A stretch of DNA of 64,000 bases from Octopus sinensis (GCF_006345805.1 NC_043005.1:25916001-25980000), one strand, 5' to 3'; counted from the first letter of the stretch, positions 24,431 to 38,308 are shown. The notes: generated by a model from the sequence alone, not told the origin. Made by a program: numbers and translations.

Positions 24431-25750
24431 TATATATAGTTCAGTAAAATTTAGATTCAGATGAATATGATACTTAAGTTAAAGGCACCAGAGTTTGCTA
24501 TGGTGTTATCCATATCAATCAAATGGGGTGATTATAATCAAAATAAGCAACAAGGATATCCAAAGGTAGTGCAGTACAATCGTTTCATGCTACTTCATTT
24601 GATTAAACAATGTAAGTATTACATCAGTTTTAAAATGTAGAGCAATCTTCAGCCCCGTATGGAATTTTTTAAATTAAATTGATAATATTCATTTTTATAC
24701 TTATTCTATTTACCAACATTACAAAGAGGGTAGGTATATAGACAGAGTGGTGAATCTCATCAACAGAAACATGGTAGTAAATGATCTTTACTCATGGGTA
24801 GATTTCTTATCACTGAATTTACTTTGTTATTTAGATTTACTATTGGGGGAGGGGGTTTTATTCTATTAAACTCAGTGGAGACAACCAAGAATTTAACTAT
24901 TTATAGATAGAGGCAGTTTAAGTGACAGTGCCATAGATCAAGCTCTTTTTTGAAGAACCTAACTCTGATACAGCTAAAGTATTTTAGCTAACGTTAGTAG
25001 GCTGAAGCTAATGGGGTAGGGAGAATAGAAACTTCCAATATTTAACTATTTAACAGCCATATTCCTACTTGTGATTTGAAATAAATATCTTTTAGATAGT
25101 TTTTTTCAAAGGATTCTAATAAATTTTAGTATCTTATATAGGGATGGAGAGTATAGAAATCATTTCATATTTATAAAAATATACACACCAAATTATTATT
25201 AATATAGATTTATAGTTATTTAGTAAATAGTAATTTATTTTTATTAATGAGTTAAATTAAAGGAATATGCTAGACACATAATATTTTTCCTGCATGTTAA
25301 TGATTTTAGAATGTACTTCATATACATACACACGCGCAGACAGATGTTTTCAGTATAAGGTCAGTATTAATATACAATATAAAATAGTTTTATATTACTT
25401 AAGAGATGACAACAGTTCTCAAGCACAAAGGCAGAGCACACAAGCGTCATCATCATTATGATGATCATCATCATCATCATCACCATTATCCTCACCACCT
25501 TCACTCCCACCACGATCATCATTATTGTTACCAGGAACCCCATCATTATTACCGGCATCAGAACAAGAACTCCCACCAGCACTCCCACCACCACCAACAT
25601 CATATTCATTAGCACCATCATGATCATCGTTTTTACATCATCATCGTTATCATCACCAGCAGCTTGATCTTCATTGATTATTGTGAACATCGTTATCATT
25701 ATCATGATCATCATCATCATCATTATCATCAAAATCATCACCACCATCAT

Positions 25751-25788
<38 letters not shown>

Positions 25789-25852
25789 CCACCACCACCA
25801 TCACCACCACCACCACTACCACTACCATTGTCTTGTCATCATTGTCATCAGT

Positions 25853-26207
25853 GCGTAGGAGTGATTGTGTGGTAAGTAGCGTGCTTACGAACCACATGGT
25901 TCCGGGTTCAGTCACTGCGTGGTACTTTAGGCAAGTGTCTTCTACTATAGCCACGGGCCGACCAAAGCCTTGTGAGTGGATTTGGTAGACGGAAACTGAA
26001 GGAAGCCCGTCGAATATATGTATATATGTGTGTGTGTGTGTGTGTGCGTGTGCGTGAGTATGTTTACGTCCCCGTAACTTAGCGGTTCGGCAAAAAGTGA
26101 CCGATAGAATAAGTACTAGGCTAAGAAAGAATAAGTCCTGGGGTCGGTTTGCTTCCGCATGGCCACAGCCACATGACTGAAACAAGTAAAAGAGTAGAAG
26201 AGTAAGA
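25853..26207 (+). mobile_element. SINE family O, full length
   Basis: 'aggagtgattgtgtggtaagtagc...ggcaagtgtcttctactatagcc...gactgaaacaagtaaaagag'. Confidence 0.88.
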
Positions 26208-27931
26208 GTGTCAACAGTTTTTTTCTCATTTTCTTCGTTCTTCTTCTTCTTCTTCTCCTTCTTCTTCTTCTTCTTCTTCTTCTTCGTCTTCTTCTTCTGT
26301 TTCTTCTTCTTTTCCTTCTTCCTCTTCTCCTTCTTCCCCTCCTCCACCTCTTTCTCCCCCTCCTCCTCCTCCTCCTCATCATCATCATCATCATCATCAC
26401 CGTCATCATTATCATCCTCAATCTTGCTTTCAACGCTGACATTATTTCAAAGCAAATATTTTTTCCGCTTAATTAACAATTACCTGATCTCATTAGCACA
26501 ATTCCAGCCCCAGCCTCTACCCCATGTCAAAAGAAAATGAAAATAAAGAATAGAAATAAAAAAACCACGTGCAGCCAATATAATTGTTGCCGTTTACATT
26601 CCGTCTCTCTTCAGCAAAATCTAATAGCGTCCCAGTTGTGACCATCCCATATATTTTCAAAACCTAGAATTATATATCATCAATAAATATCAATAATGTA
26701 GCGTTGCTGTTACTGGTGTTGTTTTCTCCATTATTTGATGCAAAAAAGTTTTCCAACCATGACCATCCCATCTATTTTTTAAACCTGAATTACATTACAA
26801 CAATTAATGTCAACAATGCAGTATTTTCTCTTGTTATTGTTGCTGTTGTTTAACCCAGAAGGAAAGTAGAACTAAGTGATATATAATCAAAAGCGTTCCA
26901 GATATGACCATCTGATATAGTTTCCAATATCATCAATATTGTTGTCGTTGTTTCCATGTAGTCCACGTCACTTTCCTAATTATCTGAGATGAAAAACCTC
27001 CAGTTCTGACCATTCCATTTATTTTTAATTTGATTACTCATTCACTATGTCCTACATTTTAAGATATTCAAGCAAAATTTGCAGGGTATTAAACTGCTAT
27101 TTCTAGGACGACGAGCGACCAATTAGAGGTTTTATTGTTTTCGTTGTTGATCTTCCAGATGTTGTTTAGCACCCGGTCAGTCCCAATCCAACAACACTAT
27201 GATCAACGAAGTTCCAACTGCGATACAGCCGTCTATTTTCCTGTCAGAGTATGTCTAGAAATACATTATATAAATAACTTTTACGTTTTTCAAGATGACA
27301 GTGTGCTACACTTAAAAGATTTAGCTGTTATGTATAGTTTGTGTAGAAGCGTACACGTTGGATTGTAGGGATTCCTCTGCTAGTTGTGTTCATCAACCCT
27401 GAAACAGCTCTGACCGAAAATACCTGTCATCAAAAACGTAGTTATCCAAATTAACTTTCTCACGGTAAATTAAGGGCTACTTTATGTAATATATCATTCA
27501 ATTGAAAAATTATAGACGAAGACAATTTAGCAACTATTCCTAGCAAGCATTTGATCATGCCTTAAAGGGAACCTAATCCAAATACGATGTTTCAGTTATG
27601 TACTTGGTTTGCAACATTTTGTGTGTTAAAACATATTTTGTTGCATTTTGGGAGGGTCGTTATGCCCATAAACACACACACTGATTCTGTTTCACTTCTT
27701 TATGTTTATTTGTCACTCGCTTCAATAAAAAAGTAAAGTACAGTGTGCGGGTACGTTTCTTATTGGCATAATGACCCAACTTTTACGGTGTGTTCGACTT
27801 GTAATTTTGATTTTACTGGTTTTGTCAAAGGGAAAATGTGAGCGATCATGTCTTTATCGGGCTTCATTAGTTCTTTATCCTCACATAATTCTCATTGATT
27901 AGATCTATGAACAAAAGTGTTCTAACCAAGA

Positions 27932-28812
27932 CTAGGTGGCCTGATCAATAAGTGTCCGGACTGTTGCTATAGCAACGAAGCTCAAGCACGCAAAGTAAAA
28001 CCGCTTGACAAAGATTAGCATGGAAATTTGTTTTGCATGCGCACTATGTTATAGCTCACTTTCACTGTTTACAGCAGTATTTGGAAGGAACGTGTGTAGC
28101 GTGTGATCGTCACATTGACCATGACAGAGAAAGTTGTCATGGCGATACTATGGCGATACCTGCTGAGGCAAAGTTTCAGAAAGTGTATGGAGAGGAGTGT
28201 ATGAGCCGCACACATGTGAACGAGTGGTTCAAACATTTCCAAGATGGCCGAAAAAATGTAGATGTTGACGAACGTTCTGGGAGGCCCCCAACCAGAAGAA
28301 CTGAGAAAATCATCGCAGATGCGCATGCAGCTATGTGGGAAAATCCTCGAACCATCATCAGTGAGTTATCAGGGGATGTGCAGATTAGTTACAGTTCTGT
28401 TCAGCCCATTATCACTGAAGATTTGGGCATGAGATACGTGTTTGGAAAGTTTATACCAAAACTGCTTTCAGCTGACCAAAAAGACACTCGGGTTTCAGTT
28501 GCACAAGATCTCCTTGATTGTATCGAGAACGATGAGAACTTTTTGAAAGCTTTGCGTAGACTTCTGAGTAGGTATCACCAAACTTTTGGCAAAAGTTGAT
28601 GCAGATTCTCTGTCATTGTCAATGCGACAATCACACACTACACATCTTCCTTCGGAGCACTACTATAAGCAGCAAAAGTGAGGTAGAACGCTAAAACTTA
28701 GTGCACATACACAGCAAAGTTGGAAATCAATCTGTGCCAAGCGGCTTTACTCTGCATACCCCAGATTCGTTACAATGGCAACAGTCCGAATACTTATTGA
28801 TGAGACTACTAG
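27932..28812 (+). mobile_element. Mariner foldback derivative: 5' end and N-terminal DNA-binding region plus inverted copy of the 5' end (~270 bp)
   Basis: TIR 'tgatcaataagtgtccggactgttg' / 'caacagtccgaatacttattgatg'; ORF with EWFKHFQDGRKNVDVDERSGRP..LGMRYVFGKFIPKLLS..ENDENFLK, breaking just before the catalytic domain. Confidence 0.9.
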
Positions 28813-29834
28813 ACAGCCTCTTTGACCACAAGAACACTGTCCAATGTCTCTTTTATAAGCTGAGAATTGTGATTTGTAGGGAAGTAGCAGCTGCTACCTT
28901 TAGCAGGTCAAAAGAATCGCCTAAAGGCTATGTTGTCAGTTCGCAGTGTTCTTTCTCTCATAAGATATTTCTAGCAGGTTGAGTTTCCACATCGAGGCTC
29001 CCTCCTCTTGGTTCGTGTTATTGTTGTAGCTGATGGTTTATTGTTGTTTATCCAGAGATCACTTTGATCGATCAATACTTATAATAAATGATCAACAGCC
29101 TTCCATATATGACAACCCATTCTTCTACATGTCCTACCTTTTTATAACATGATAATATGTGCTTGGAGGAAATTCTTATTGCTATTTCCAGCAGATGGAA
29201 AGTCAATGCATACAAACTTCCTTCAACTCATTCTTGTCACGTTTCCCCTCAGGTATCAATCAGCAAAAACTCAAATGAATATCGATGACATCGTTTTTCA
29301 TCTTGGAAGTGCTTACAGGGTCTTTGTTATCTGACACATTTCTTTCAAATAATGATTTAACCCCATTGAACTTGTAAATAAGCTTTAGAGAGAAGCTACA
29401 TGGCTTTGTATTTGCGGTTGAAAATAACTATGGTGATGATGATGACGACGATGATGATGGCGATACTTGATGACTCATGACATGATGATGATGATGATCA
29501 TGATCATGAATATGATGTGTGTGTGTGTGTCTTTGGCCAACCTCAAAACGAGTCCATGTGGCTCCCAGGAGTATCGTTAGTCCACTTTACTCTTTAAGGG
29601 GTACAGGGCCGGTTTTCCACTTTCTCTGACGTATATATATATATATATATTCCTTCCTGAACGGGGTGCCGGTCTGTAGCAGAATCACTCATGTTTTTTT
29701 ACCGGCAGAGTAGAACAGAACAACATGAAATGAACCGTTTCGCTCAAGAACGCAACGCATCACCCAGTCCTTGGATCGAAACCAGAACCTGACGATCATG
29801 AGTCCAAAACCTTAACCCCTATTCCAGGATTATA

Positions 29835-29980
29835 GGCGCAGGAGAGGTTGTGTGGTAAGAAGCTTGCTTCCTAATCATATGGTTCTGGGTTCTTGGGCAA
29901 GTGTCTTCTACTATAGCCTCGGGTCGACCAAAGCTTTGTGAATGGATTTGGAGGACGGAAATTGAAAGAAGCCCGTCGTA
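29835..29980 (+). mobile_element. SINE family O 5' half
   Basis: Head plus CORE-like segment, then (CA)/(TA)n. Confidence 0.85.
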
Positions 29981-30025
29981 TACACACACACACACACACA
30001 TACACACACCACACACACACACACA

Positions 30026-30121
<96 letters not shown>

Positions 30122-30123
<2 letters not shown>

Positions 30124-30525
30124 TCTTTTACTCTTTTACTCTTTTACTTGTTTCAGTCATTTGACTGCGGCCATGCTGGAGCACCGCCTTTAGTCGAGCA
30201 ACTCGACCCCGGGACTTATTCTTTTGTAAGCCCAGTACTTATTCTATCGGTCTCTTTTGCCGAACCGCTAAGTAACGGGGACATAAACACACCAGCATCG
30301 GTTGTCAAGCAATGCTAGGGGGACAGACACAGACACACAAACACACACACGCATATATATATATACATATATACGACGGGCTTCTTTCAGTTTCCGTCTA
30401 CCAAATCCACTCACAAGGCTTTGGTCGGCCCGAGGCTATAGTAGAAGACACTTGCCCAAGGTGCCACGCAGTAGGACTGAACCCGGAACCATGTGGTTAG
30501 TAAACAAGCTACTTACCACACAGCC
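30122..30525 (-). mobile_element. SINE family O, full length, young
   Basis: Complete and closest to the consensus inferable from copies in this window. Confidence 0.9.
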
Positions 30526-30774
30526 AGAGGGAGATAAATTGAATATTAATTTAAAACCAGTAGCCTAGTTAATATAAAAATATCTGAAAAATCAGAAAAA
30601 AATTTCAATATATGTGTATATTTAGGGATAAACCACTAGGTAGATAACCAATACGCTTGAAGAAGATCACCTACGATCTAGCTACAAAGAAAATAATGTT
30701 CTCCAGAGAAAATTCAGCAAACACCAGAACATAAGCGGGCAAGACAGTTCAAAATTATATAAAAATCAAGAATT

Positions 30775-30850
30775 AATCGTATACCGGTTTCGTCTATTAC
30801 CGAATAAATTACTTACATAATCTTTCGCCCGCAGACTCGTCAGTACGATC
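30775..30850 (-). ncRNA. Type I hammerhead ribozyme, canonical core
   Basis: GAUCGUA-CUGACGA-GUCUG-[insert]-UAGAC-GAAA-CCGG-UA|UACGAUU: 7-bp stem I (one G.U), G10.1-C11.1, palindromic stem III, GUA site (cut between 30782 and 30781). Confidence 0.8.
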
Positions 30851-31569
30851 GTTCGAATCCAATATAATTTGAAAAACTAAACACTAGCTGTCCATATAAG
30901 ACTAGACATGTGATCAGTTCTACCGATTACATTGGAGTTATTTCAGAAAAAATTTCATCAAAAGTGGCAGCATATTAAAATACCTTTAAAGATAAAAATT
31001 ATAAGCAACTTATAAACAAGGGCAAAAGAAAAATTATTTCCATGCCAATATGCTGATAACAGACTTTAAGTCATCAATTTCCACATATCATTATACACTC
31101 ACGATAAATAAAAACACGTCGTGCTGAAATCGGGAAGCTAGTCGACAGAATTTTTTTAAAAGTTCGTTATTTCTATATTGAATCAATTTCAGAATTCAGC
31201 ATGGAATTTTTCCGTCTTCAGTAGAAAATACGATAAGGAATAAATGAAATACTTACACGCACCCATGGAAAAAAGCAGAAGCAAAAGTCATGTGTACACA
31301 TAAGTACCCCATTCCTTAAACTAGCCTCAGCACACGTGTGAACTATTCCAAACCACAGCTTATAGTGGTTTCTAAGTGAATGGTGATAAATCTACTATTA
31401 ATATAGGATGTATATAAATATATGTATGCATTTGTGTGACTGTATTTTGTCCCACAGCACCATCGCTTGACATCCGATGCTGGTGTGTTTACGTCCGTTT
31501 AACCTAGCGTTTCGGCAATAGTAACCGATAGAGTAAGCATTGAGCTTACAAACAATACTTCCTGGGGGT

Positions 31570-31860
31570 CCTTTCGGGGTTGATAAATTAAGTACCAGTT
31601 ACGCACTGGATTCGATGTAATCGACTTAATCTCTTTGTTTGTCCTTGTCTGTCCCCCTCTATGTTTAGCCCCTTGTGGGCAATAAAGAAATAGGTATTTC
31701 GTCTGTCTTTACGTTCTGAGTTCAAATTCCGCCGAGTTCGACTTTGCCTTTCATCTTTCGAGACCCAAAAATAAGAACCAGTTGCATACTGTAGTCGATC
31801 TAATCGACTGCCCCCCTCTCCAAATATTTAGGGCCTAGTGTCTAGAATAGAAAAGAATAC
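31570..31860 (+). mobile_element. SINE family M dimer (5'-truncated), fused to a family O 3' arm at 31445-31570
   Basis: Same 'aaagaaata|ggtatttcgtctg' junction at ~31690. Confidence 0.8.
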
Positions 31861-32033
31861 ACTGTATCAGTCGTCAATATTATTTTTTGCCGAAGGGTGT
31901 ACAGCAATGAATTTTTACCTGCTTCCAGAACGGTACCAAGAATGGGTCTTTGAAGTGCTGTCATCGTACACACCTGACATATTTCTTACCAATCTGAGGA
32001 AACCTGCATAAAATATAGGTTTCCTTTCATATG

Positions 32034-32096
<63 letters not shown>

Positions 32097-32099
32097 AAG

Positions 32100-32133
<34 letters not shown>

Positions 32134-32784
32134 TACATATAAATATATTTATATATATATATTCACATTATTTAAAAATCGATATAATTCGATCGTTAGA
32201 TTTCGAACTTTTAGATAATATATTTTTATTAGCTGCTATAGAGAGGGGTGACGTGGTGAGGTGGTGTGTAGCCATTAACTAAATATGTATGCATGAACGT
32301 ACGTACGTAAGTATTATTTATGTATGTATGTATGTACGTACGTAATTAGGTATGCATGTATGAACGTACGTAGATACGTATGTAACGAATGAATGTATGT
32401 ATGCATGTAAGTATGTATGTAATGTATGTATATATATGTATGTTTCTATTTATGTATGTATGTATATAATGTATGTATGAATGTATGTAATGTTTGTATG
32501 TATGTGTGTGTGTATGTATGTAATGGAAGTGTGCATGTATGTGTATATGCATGTATGCATGTACGTAAGCGCATGTGCGTTTTTATCTAGCTTGCTGCTA
32601 ATGTGTAACAGGGATGTGAGATGAAGGGTGGTAACTAGTGTCAGATGATAGACGCTCGAGCAGAGTGTCTTTGAAGCTAATAGTAAAATGAATTGACACA
32701 TATTCTATAAATGTAAGAAATACTTAAATCAACTCTAGGTTCATTATATCGAATGCTCATCACCTTAACACGCTCGATCATTTA

Positions 32785-32788
32785 AATG

Positions 32789-32865
<77 letters not shown>

Positions 32866-32878
32866 CATATATATATAT

Positions 32879-32914
<36 letters not shown>

Positions 32915-33025
32915 TATATGTATATATATATACATATATACATATACACACATATATACATATATATATATAAACATATATGTATATATACATACACACA
33001 TATATATATATACATATATATACAT

Positions 33026-33080
<55 letters not shown>
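32785..33080. repeat. (TA)n/(TACA)n low-complexity tract
   Basis: Direct reading. Confidence 0.95.
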
Positions 33081-33082
<2 letters not shown>

Positions 33083-33468
33083 TGTGTGTCTGTGTATATG
33101 TGTATGCTCACATGTCCCTGATGCGTGTGTGTGTTTCTGAGAGCGAGCTGTGCAGAGCAAAGTACGTTAAAGTTTTATTATATTTTCCCTGAATGCTACA
33201 CATTTTCCTTAAGGAGATTGGTATATTGAAAGGAAGTAGTATACATATAGAAATAACCTAATTATCACAAGAAATTATGTTAATGCCTAGAGTTTCCTCG
33301 CAGACACCGCTTGTGAATTGCCCACCAGCAACGGCTTATAAAATGCAATGATTGACACAGTAGCTAACAAGTTGTTCGAATGATAAAAAGCAGCGAGCAG
33401 CTGATAACACTCCATATGTCAACTCTATTCTTCACAAGGTCCATAAATTTGACTGTGAGCTACACAAG

Positions 33469-33749
33469 CTATTCTATCTCAATCACAGATGATTGAGATG
33501 AACCGGAAGTTGTTCCTCTGCGATTACTATCGCAAACAGCAGTAAGCTTTCTTTAACCGAATACACGTCTTTGATTGGTTGAAATTACCCAAATACGACA
33601 ACTTTAACACGAAATAAATTCTAAAATACGAAATTTGGTCAAAAACGTTCAGAGTAAACTGTGTTCTACGTGAAAAATTCTACCAGTATTTGAAGATTCA
33701 AACTGTTTAGCTAAAAACCAAAATTTAATCTGTGATTGAGATAGAATAG
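33469..33749. mobile_element. MITE-like element with 22-bp perfect TIR, superfamily unassigned
   Basis: ctattctatctcaatcacagat (33469-33490) / atctgtgattgagatagaatag (33728-33749). Confidence 0.7.
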
Positions 33750-34280
33750 ATCCGAAAACATACCCTGATAAACTGTAACCATATCTGCTCATGATTAATG
33801 AACCTCTAAGTTAACCAGCTCCGATCAATTTCATCAATGTTTATCATCAGCAACCACACAACTGAACCTTGGCACATGTGGACATTCTGACCAGAGGCAC
33901 ATGATGTTCCAGCATGCATTGATATAATAAACTGGAGTAAGACACGAAGGCCCAATGATAATTAATTATGGAAGTGATGTATGTCAGACTTTCCAAGAAT
34001 AGTTGCTTCCCAGTGCGTTTCTGGGACTAACTACACTGTCCATAACTTTGTCTCAGTTTCTTTTCGGTCTAGAGGTTTCGACCGAACCCGATCACCAGCA
34101 CTTTAAGAGATCTACCAACTCAGTGGCAACCGGTGCTGCTGCTGCTGCTACTGACTGGCATAGACCTATCTCTCCAAATGCAAATTTTCAATCCACGATC
34201 ATTTCTACCACAGTGATCATAACATATGTAAGGAGCTGCGATGAATAAATCCACCACATATTTTAACTAGTGGGACTAGT

Positions 34281-34683
34281 TTATTCTTTTCTACTCTAGG
34301 TACAAGGCCCGAAATATTTTGGGGAGGGTGCCAGTCGATTAGATCGACCCCGGTACGCAAGTGGTACTTAATTTGTCGACCTCGAAAGGATGAAAGGCAA
34401 AGTTGAACTCGGCGGAATTTGAACTCTGAACGTAGCTGCAGACGAAATACCTATTTCTTTACTACCCACAAGGGGCTAAACACAGAGAGAACAAACAAGG
34501 GCAGACAAACGGATTGAGTCGATTATATCGACCCCAGTGCGTAACTGGTACTTATTTAATCGACCCCGAAAGGATGAAAGGCAAAGTCGATCTCGGCGGA
34601 ATTTGAACTCAGAACGTAATGGCAAACGAAATACGGCCACGCATTTCGGCCGGCGTGCTAACGTTTCTGCCAGCTAGCCGCCT
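34281..34683 (-). mobile_element. SINE family M dimer, complete (head, body, tail A, body, tail B)
   Basis: Reverse complement of the dimer structure; junction rc 'cagacgaaatacc|tatttcttt' at ~34450. Confidence 0.9.
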
Positions 34684-36122
34684 AGCTAGCGGAACTAGTT
34701 TATGGCAGCGAAATAGCAAATAGAATGCTTTGCGACATTTGTTGTGAAACTCGGTGCAATAATTTCAAATCACATCGAGCTTCGCTTTGCCTTTTATTCT
34801 TCCCAGGGTTGGAAAATAAAATAACTGTCAAGCACTGGAATCGGTGGTATCGACTTCCTTACGATACTCACATTTTGTTGCTTTTGCATTGAAACTAGAA
34901 AGAATTATTAATATTATTATTAAAGCCAGAAAAATGAATCGCGGTATTTCTTCCGATATTTGTATGGTGAATGTACTTGTTTCCAACTCATAATCCAATT
35001 CAGTGGATAAAAGACACGGAACGACAGTATCGTTCTAACCTATATAAAATGGTGAAGTTCAAAATTTTGCACTGAATTTCGAGCTAATATCTCAAAGTCC
35101 GTTTTTTTTTGTCATTTAGGTCATATAACAATTGTAATGTCAATTGCAGTGCTTTCATGGAGTATTGCACTATATTCTATTGCATTGCATCGCATAATAG
35201 AATGCAGTAAAAATCTGTAAGCAGGTAAAATGTGCACTACGGCTATGACTGTATCTATTCAGATCTATTATTACTGTGTGTAATACAGGCAGAGGGAGAG
35301 AGAGAGAGAGAGAAAGAGAGGAGGGATGGAGAGGGGGAGGAAGTGTAGAAATGGAGAGAAGTGGAAATGAGTTGAGAGAGAGGAGGAGGGGGAGAAAGAG
35401 AGAGAGAATAATACAGAATATCACGACAACTTAAATGTGATGACAATTTAAAAAAATATTTTTCTGTGCCGAAACAATGTATGTGTGTGTGTATGTGTGT
35501 GTATGTGTGTGTATATGCGTGTGTGTGTATTCTGTGTCTGTGTTTGTGCGTGTGTGCGTGTATGCGCGTCTCTGTATGTGTGCGTAAAAAGCAGAGAGGA
35601 AAACTGTTGGATGAGGAAAGAGAGAGAGCAGAAAGGAAGAAAGAAGGGCAAAGAGAAGAAAGAGGAAAAGAATAAAAGGAGGAGTAAGAGAGATAAGAGG
35701 AAGTCGTATTCTGGATGAGGGGGCGAAGTGGCGCACTTGTTAGAGCGTTGAATAGAATGATTTACAGTATTTGCTCAGCCTTTCGGTGCTCTGTGTTCAA
35801 ATCACACCAAGATAATCTTAACCTTTAATCCTTCTCCGCGGTTGATAAACCAATCTGTCAAGAACAGAATCGATAGTAACGACTAACCGACTGTCCACAA
35901 AATCGTTGCCCTTCTGTCAAAATTAGAAAACATTATTATTAAGGCGATGAACTGGCAGAATCGTTGGAGAAGCGGATAAAATGATTTCTAACATTTATTC
36001 CGGCTCTGCATTTAATTCCCGCTAGGTGCTGTGGAGAGGGTCAATGAAATGGACTTACCACCGCCTCTAAAATTGCTGGCCTTGGGCAAAAAAATTGAAG
36101 CCTTTATTTCTAACATTATTTA

Positions 36123-36335
36123 AGGCGGCGACGTGGCCGGATCGTTAGCATGCCGGAGGAAATGCTTAGCGGTATTTCATCAGCTGCTACGTTCTGAGTT
36201 CAAATTACGCCGATCTCGACTTTGGCTATCATCCTTTTGGAGTCGATTAAATAAGTACCATTTACGCACTGGAGTCGATGTAATCGACTTAATCTCTTTC
36301 CCCATATTTGAGGTCTTGTGCTTCCAGTAGAAAGG
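36123..36335 (+). mobile_element. SINE family M monomer
   Basis: Head, body, tail B. Confidence 0.8.
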
Positions 36336-36380
<45 letters not shown>

Positions 36381-36406
36381 TGTATTATTATCATTATTAT
36401 TATCAT

Positions 36407-36804
36407 TGCCTTTGCACAGCTTCTAACGCTGGAGATGTATACAGTGTCAGCTGTTCACTACAAGTGAACTAAGATACCACTTAATTTTCGAGCACCTTCT
36501 GGAGTATTCGAGCGGTTCCAAGCAGTGCTGTTTTCTCCAAGTGCTCTACCCTTATTGCAGCCCCTATTTGTTCCACGTAATTCTCGAGATTTTTGCTCAC
36601 TGTTCCCAGAGCTCCCACAACTATTGGTACTTCTGCTACCTTTTCATCGACCACAACTGCTTAACGTCCCAAGTTAACCTGTCATATCTCTTGACTTTTC
36701 TCTCTTCCTTATCGCATACCTGGTTGTCAGCTAGGCATGCTATACCTATGATCCGGCATTGTTTGTCCTCTTTCTCAATTAAGACTATGTCCGGCTTCCT
36801 ATTC

Positions 36805-36805
<1 letters not shown>
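36407..36805 (-). mobile_element. RLE LINE family C 3' fragment in (TAA)n
   Basis: Minus translation NRKPDIVLIEKEDKQCRII...PIVVGALGTVSKNL...EKTALLGTARILQKVLEN*; flanked by (ATT)n. Confidence 0.88.
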
Positions 36806-36876
<71 letters not shown>

Positions 36877-36912
36877 CATTATTGAGTGAGAGAGCAGTAC
36901 ATGTCATCAAAA

Positions 36913-37407
36913 TGAGTATATATAGTACGCAGGGGATTTTTAAGGGGCTGTACCTCTGAAAAACCTAAACCTTGTGTATAATACGCGCCCCTTCTCTAAC
37001 TTGAGTCGTGCGTAATTAAGCCAGCAGCACCTAGTCGAACATACACTTCCGCACATGCGTAATACAATAATGATGATGTTCTTAACTGTTATATGGGAAT
37101 GCAAATATGTTTGCAAATTGTTTTTGTTACATGTTATTCTGTGTTCTGATTACTTTTATTTTAATAAATGTTGCTTACTGCAAGTTATGGATGATTCTTT
37201 TATGACTTCACTGCTTTCAGACTTAGCTTAAGGTATTTTTGCGCCCATCACAAAATGCGTCTTAATAAACATTGCCGGACAGCAAATACAAACGCGGACA
37301 TTGCTTAGAATATATTTTTCATTTTTAACTTCGTATATAGTACGCACTAGGGATTTTGACCTTTAAATTATAGGAAAAAAGTGGGGATTATACTCGAGGA
37401 TTTACGG

Positions 37408-37409
<2 letters not shown>
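36913..37409 (+). mobile_element. pogo/Tigger-like non-autonomous relic (right end)
   Basis: Terminal 'ttatactcgaggatttacgg|ta' resembles pogo/Tigger ends; no matching left TIR found. Confidence 0.45.
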
Positions 37410-37440
<31 letters not shown>

Positions 37441-37599
37441 TGGAAAAAATGTATTGCGGTATTTGCCGCCTCTTAAAATTGCTGGCTGTGTGTCTAAATT
37501 AGAAATAGTTGTAATATATTTAGTCAGTTAATTACTTATTTAATTGTATATCATGCTTACAAATTGATTTTTAGTGTTTTATAGCTGTGATGCCCTAAC

Positions 37600-38190
37600 A
37601 AAAAGCCTTTGATGGGAAGTTACTAAGATCTGTTCCGAAGGTTGTATATTTTTGGAGCACTCGAATATCCGAATTGCTGCCAGCCGATCTACGTGGGAGG
37701 ATAGATTTGTATTATGAATTGAACATAATACGCTGATGATAACGGGTACGACTTTCACTTTTACTCCAGGGTGGATTAACGTATTTCATATTTCTGCTTT
37801 AATCTCAGCGTATTTCCAGAACTTTTCTACATCTGTATCTGCAAGGTAATTTTTTTTCTTTTCTAAAGGTGTTTTAATGTCTGTTACAATATACTTTCTT
37901 TTCTTACATCTGATACAAAGGTATCTAGTCTACAGTGTTTAGTTATTTTCTCTGTATGGAACCTAAAACTCCATACAATTTTTGGTGTACTAGGTTCATT
38001 TAGAACATTTACTGGTGAATGATTGAACAGTTTGTCTCAAATGTTGTAAGCACATTTCTTCATGCTGTCCGTTATGAACTGCAGACTTATCATTGCTTCT
38101 GTTCTTTGTAACATCGTAACACTTTACCGTCTATTATAATATGAGGAATATTTCCCACTTGCTGATTACATATGGGATATTTGTTTGTTA
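37600..38190 (-). pseudogene. Highly decayed RLE-type LINE fragment
   Basis: Minus DVEKFWK (compare EELEEFWKEIW in family A) and KVKVVPVII; adjoins a (TGA)/(TAA) tract. Confidence 0.35.
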
Positions 38191-38203
38191 GAACAGTGGA
38201 ATA

Positions 38204-38253
<50 letters not shown>

Positions 38254-38269
38254 AATAATAATAATAATA

Positions 38270-38305
<36 letters not shown>

Positions 38306-38308
38306 ATG

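Noticed and set aside
24440-25310. AT-rich unique stretch as a possible NUMT
   Set aside because: I could not recover any mitochondrial protein, tRNA or rRNA motif in either orientation
33815-33856. Minus-strand CUGAUGA...GAAA...AUC as a hammerhead
   Set aside because: Neither stem II nor stem I can pair
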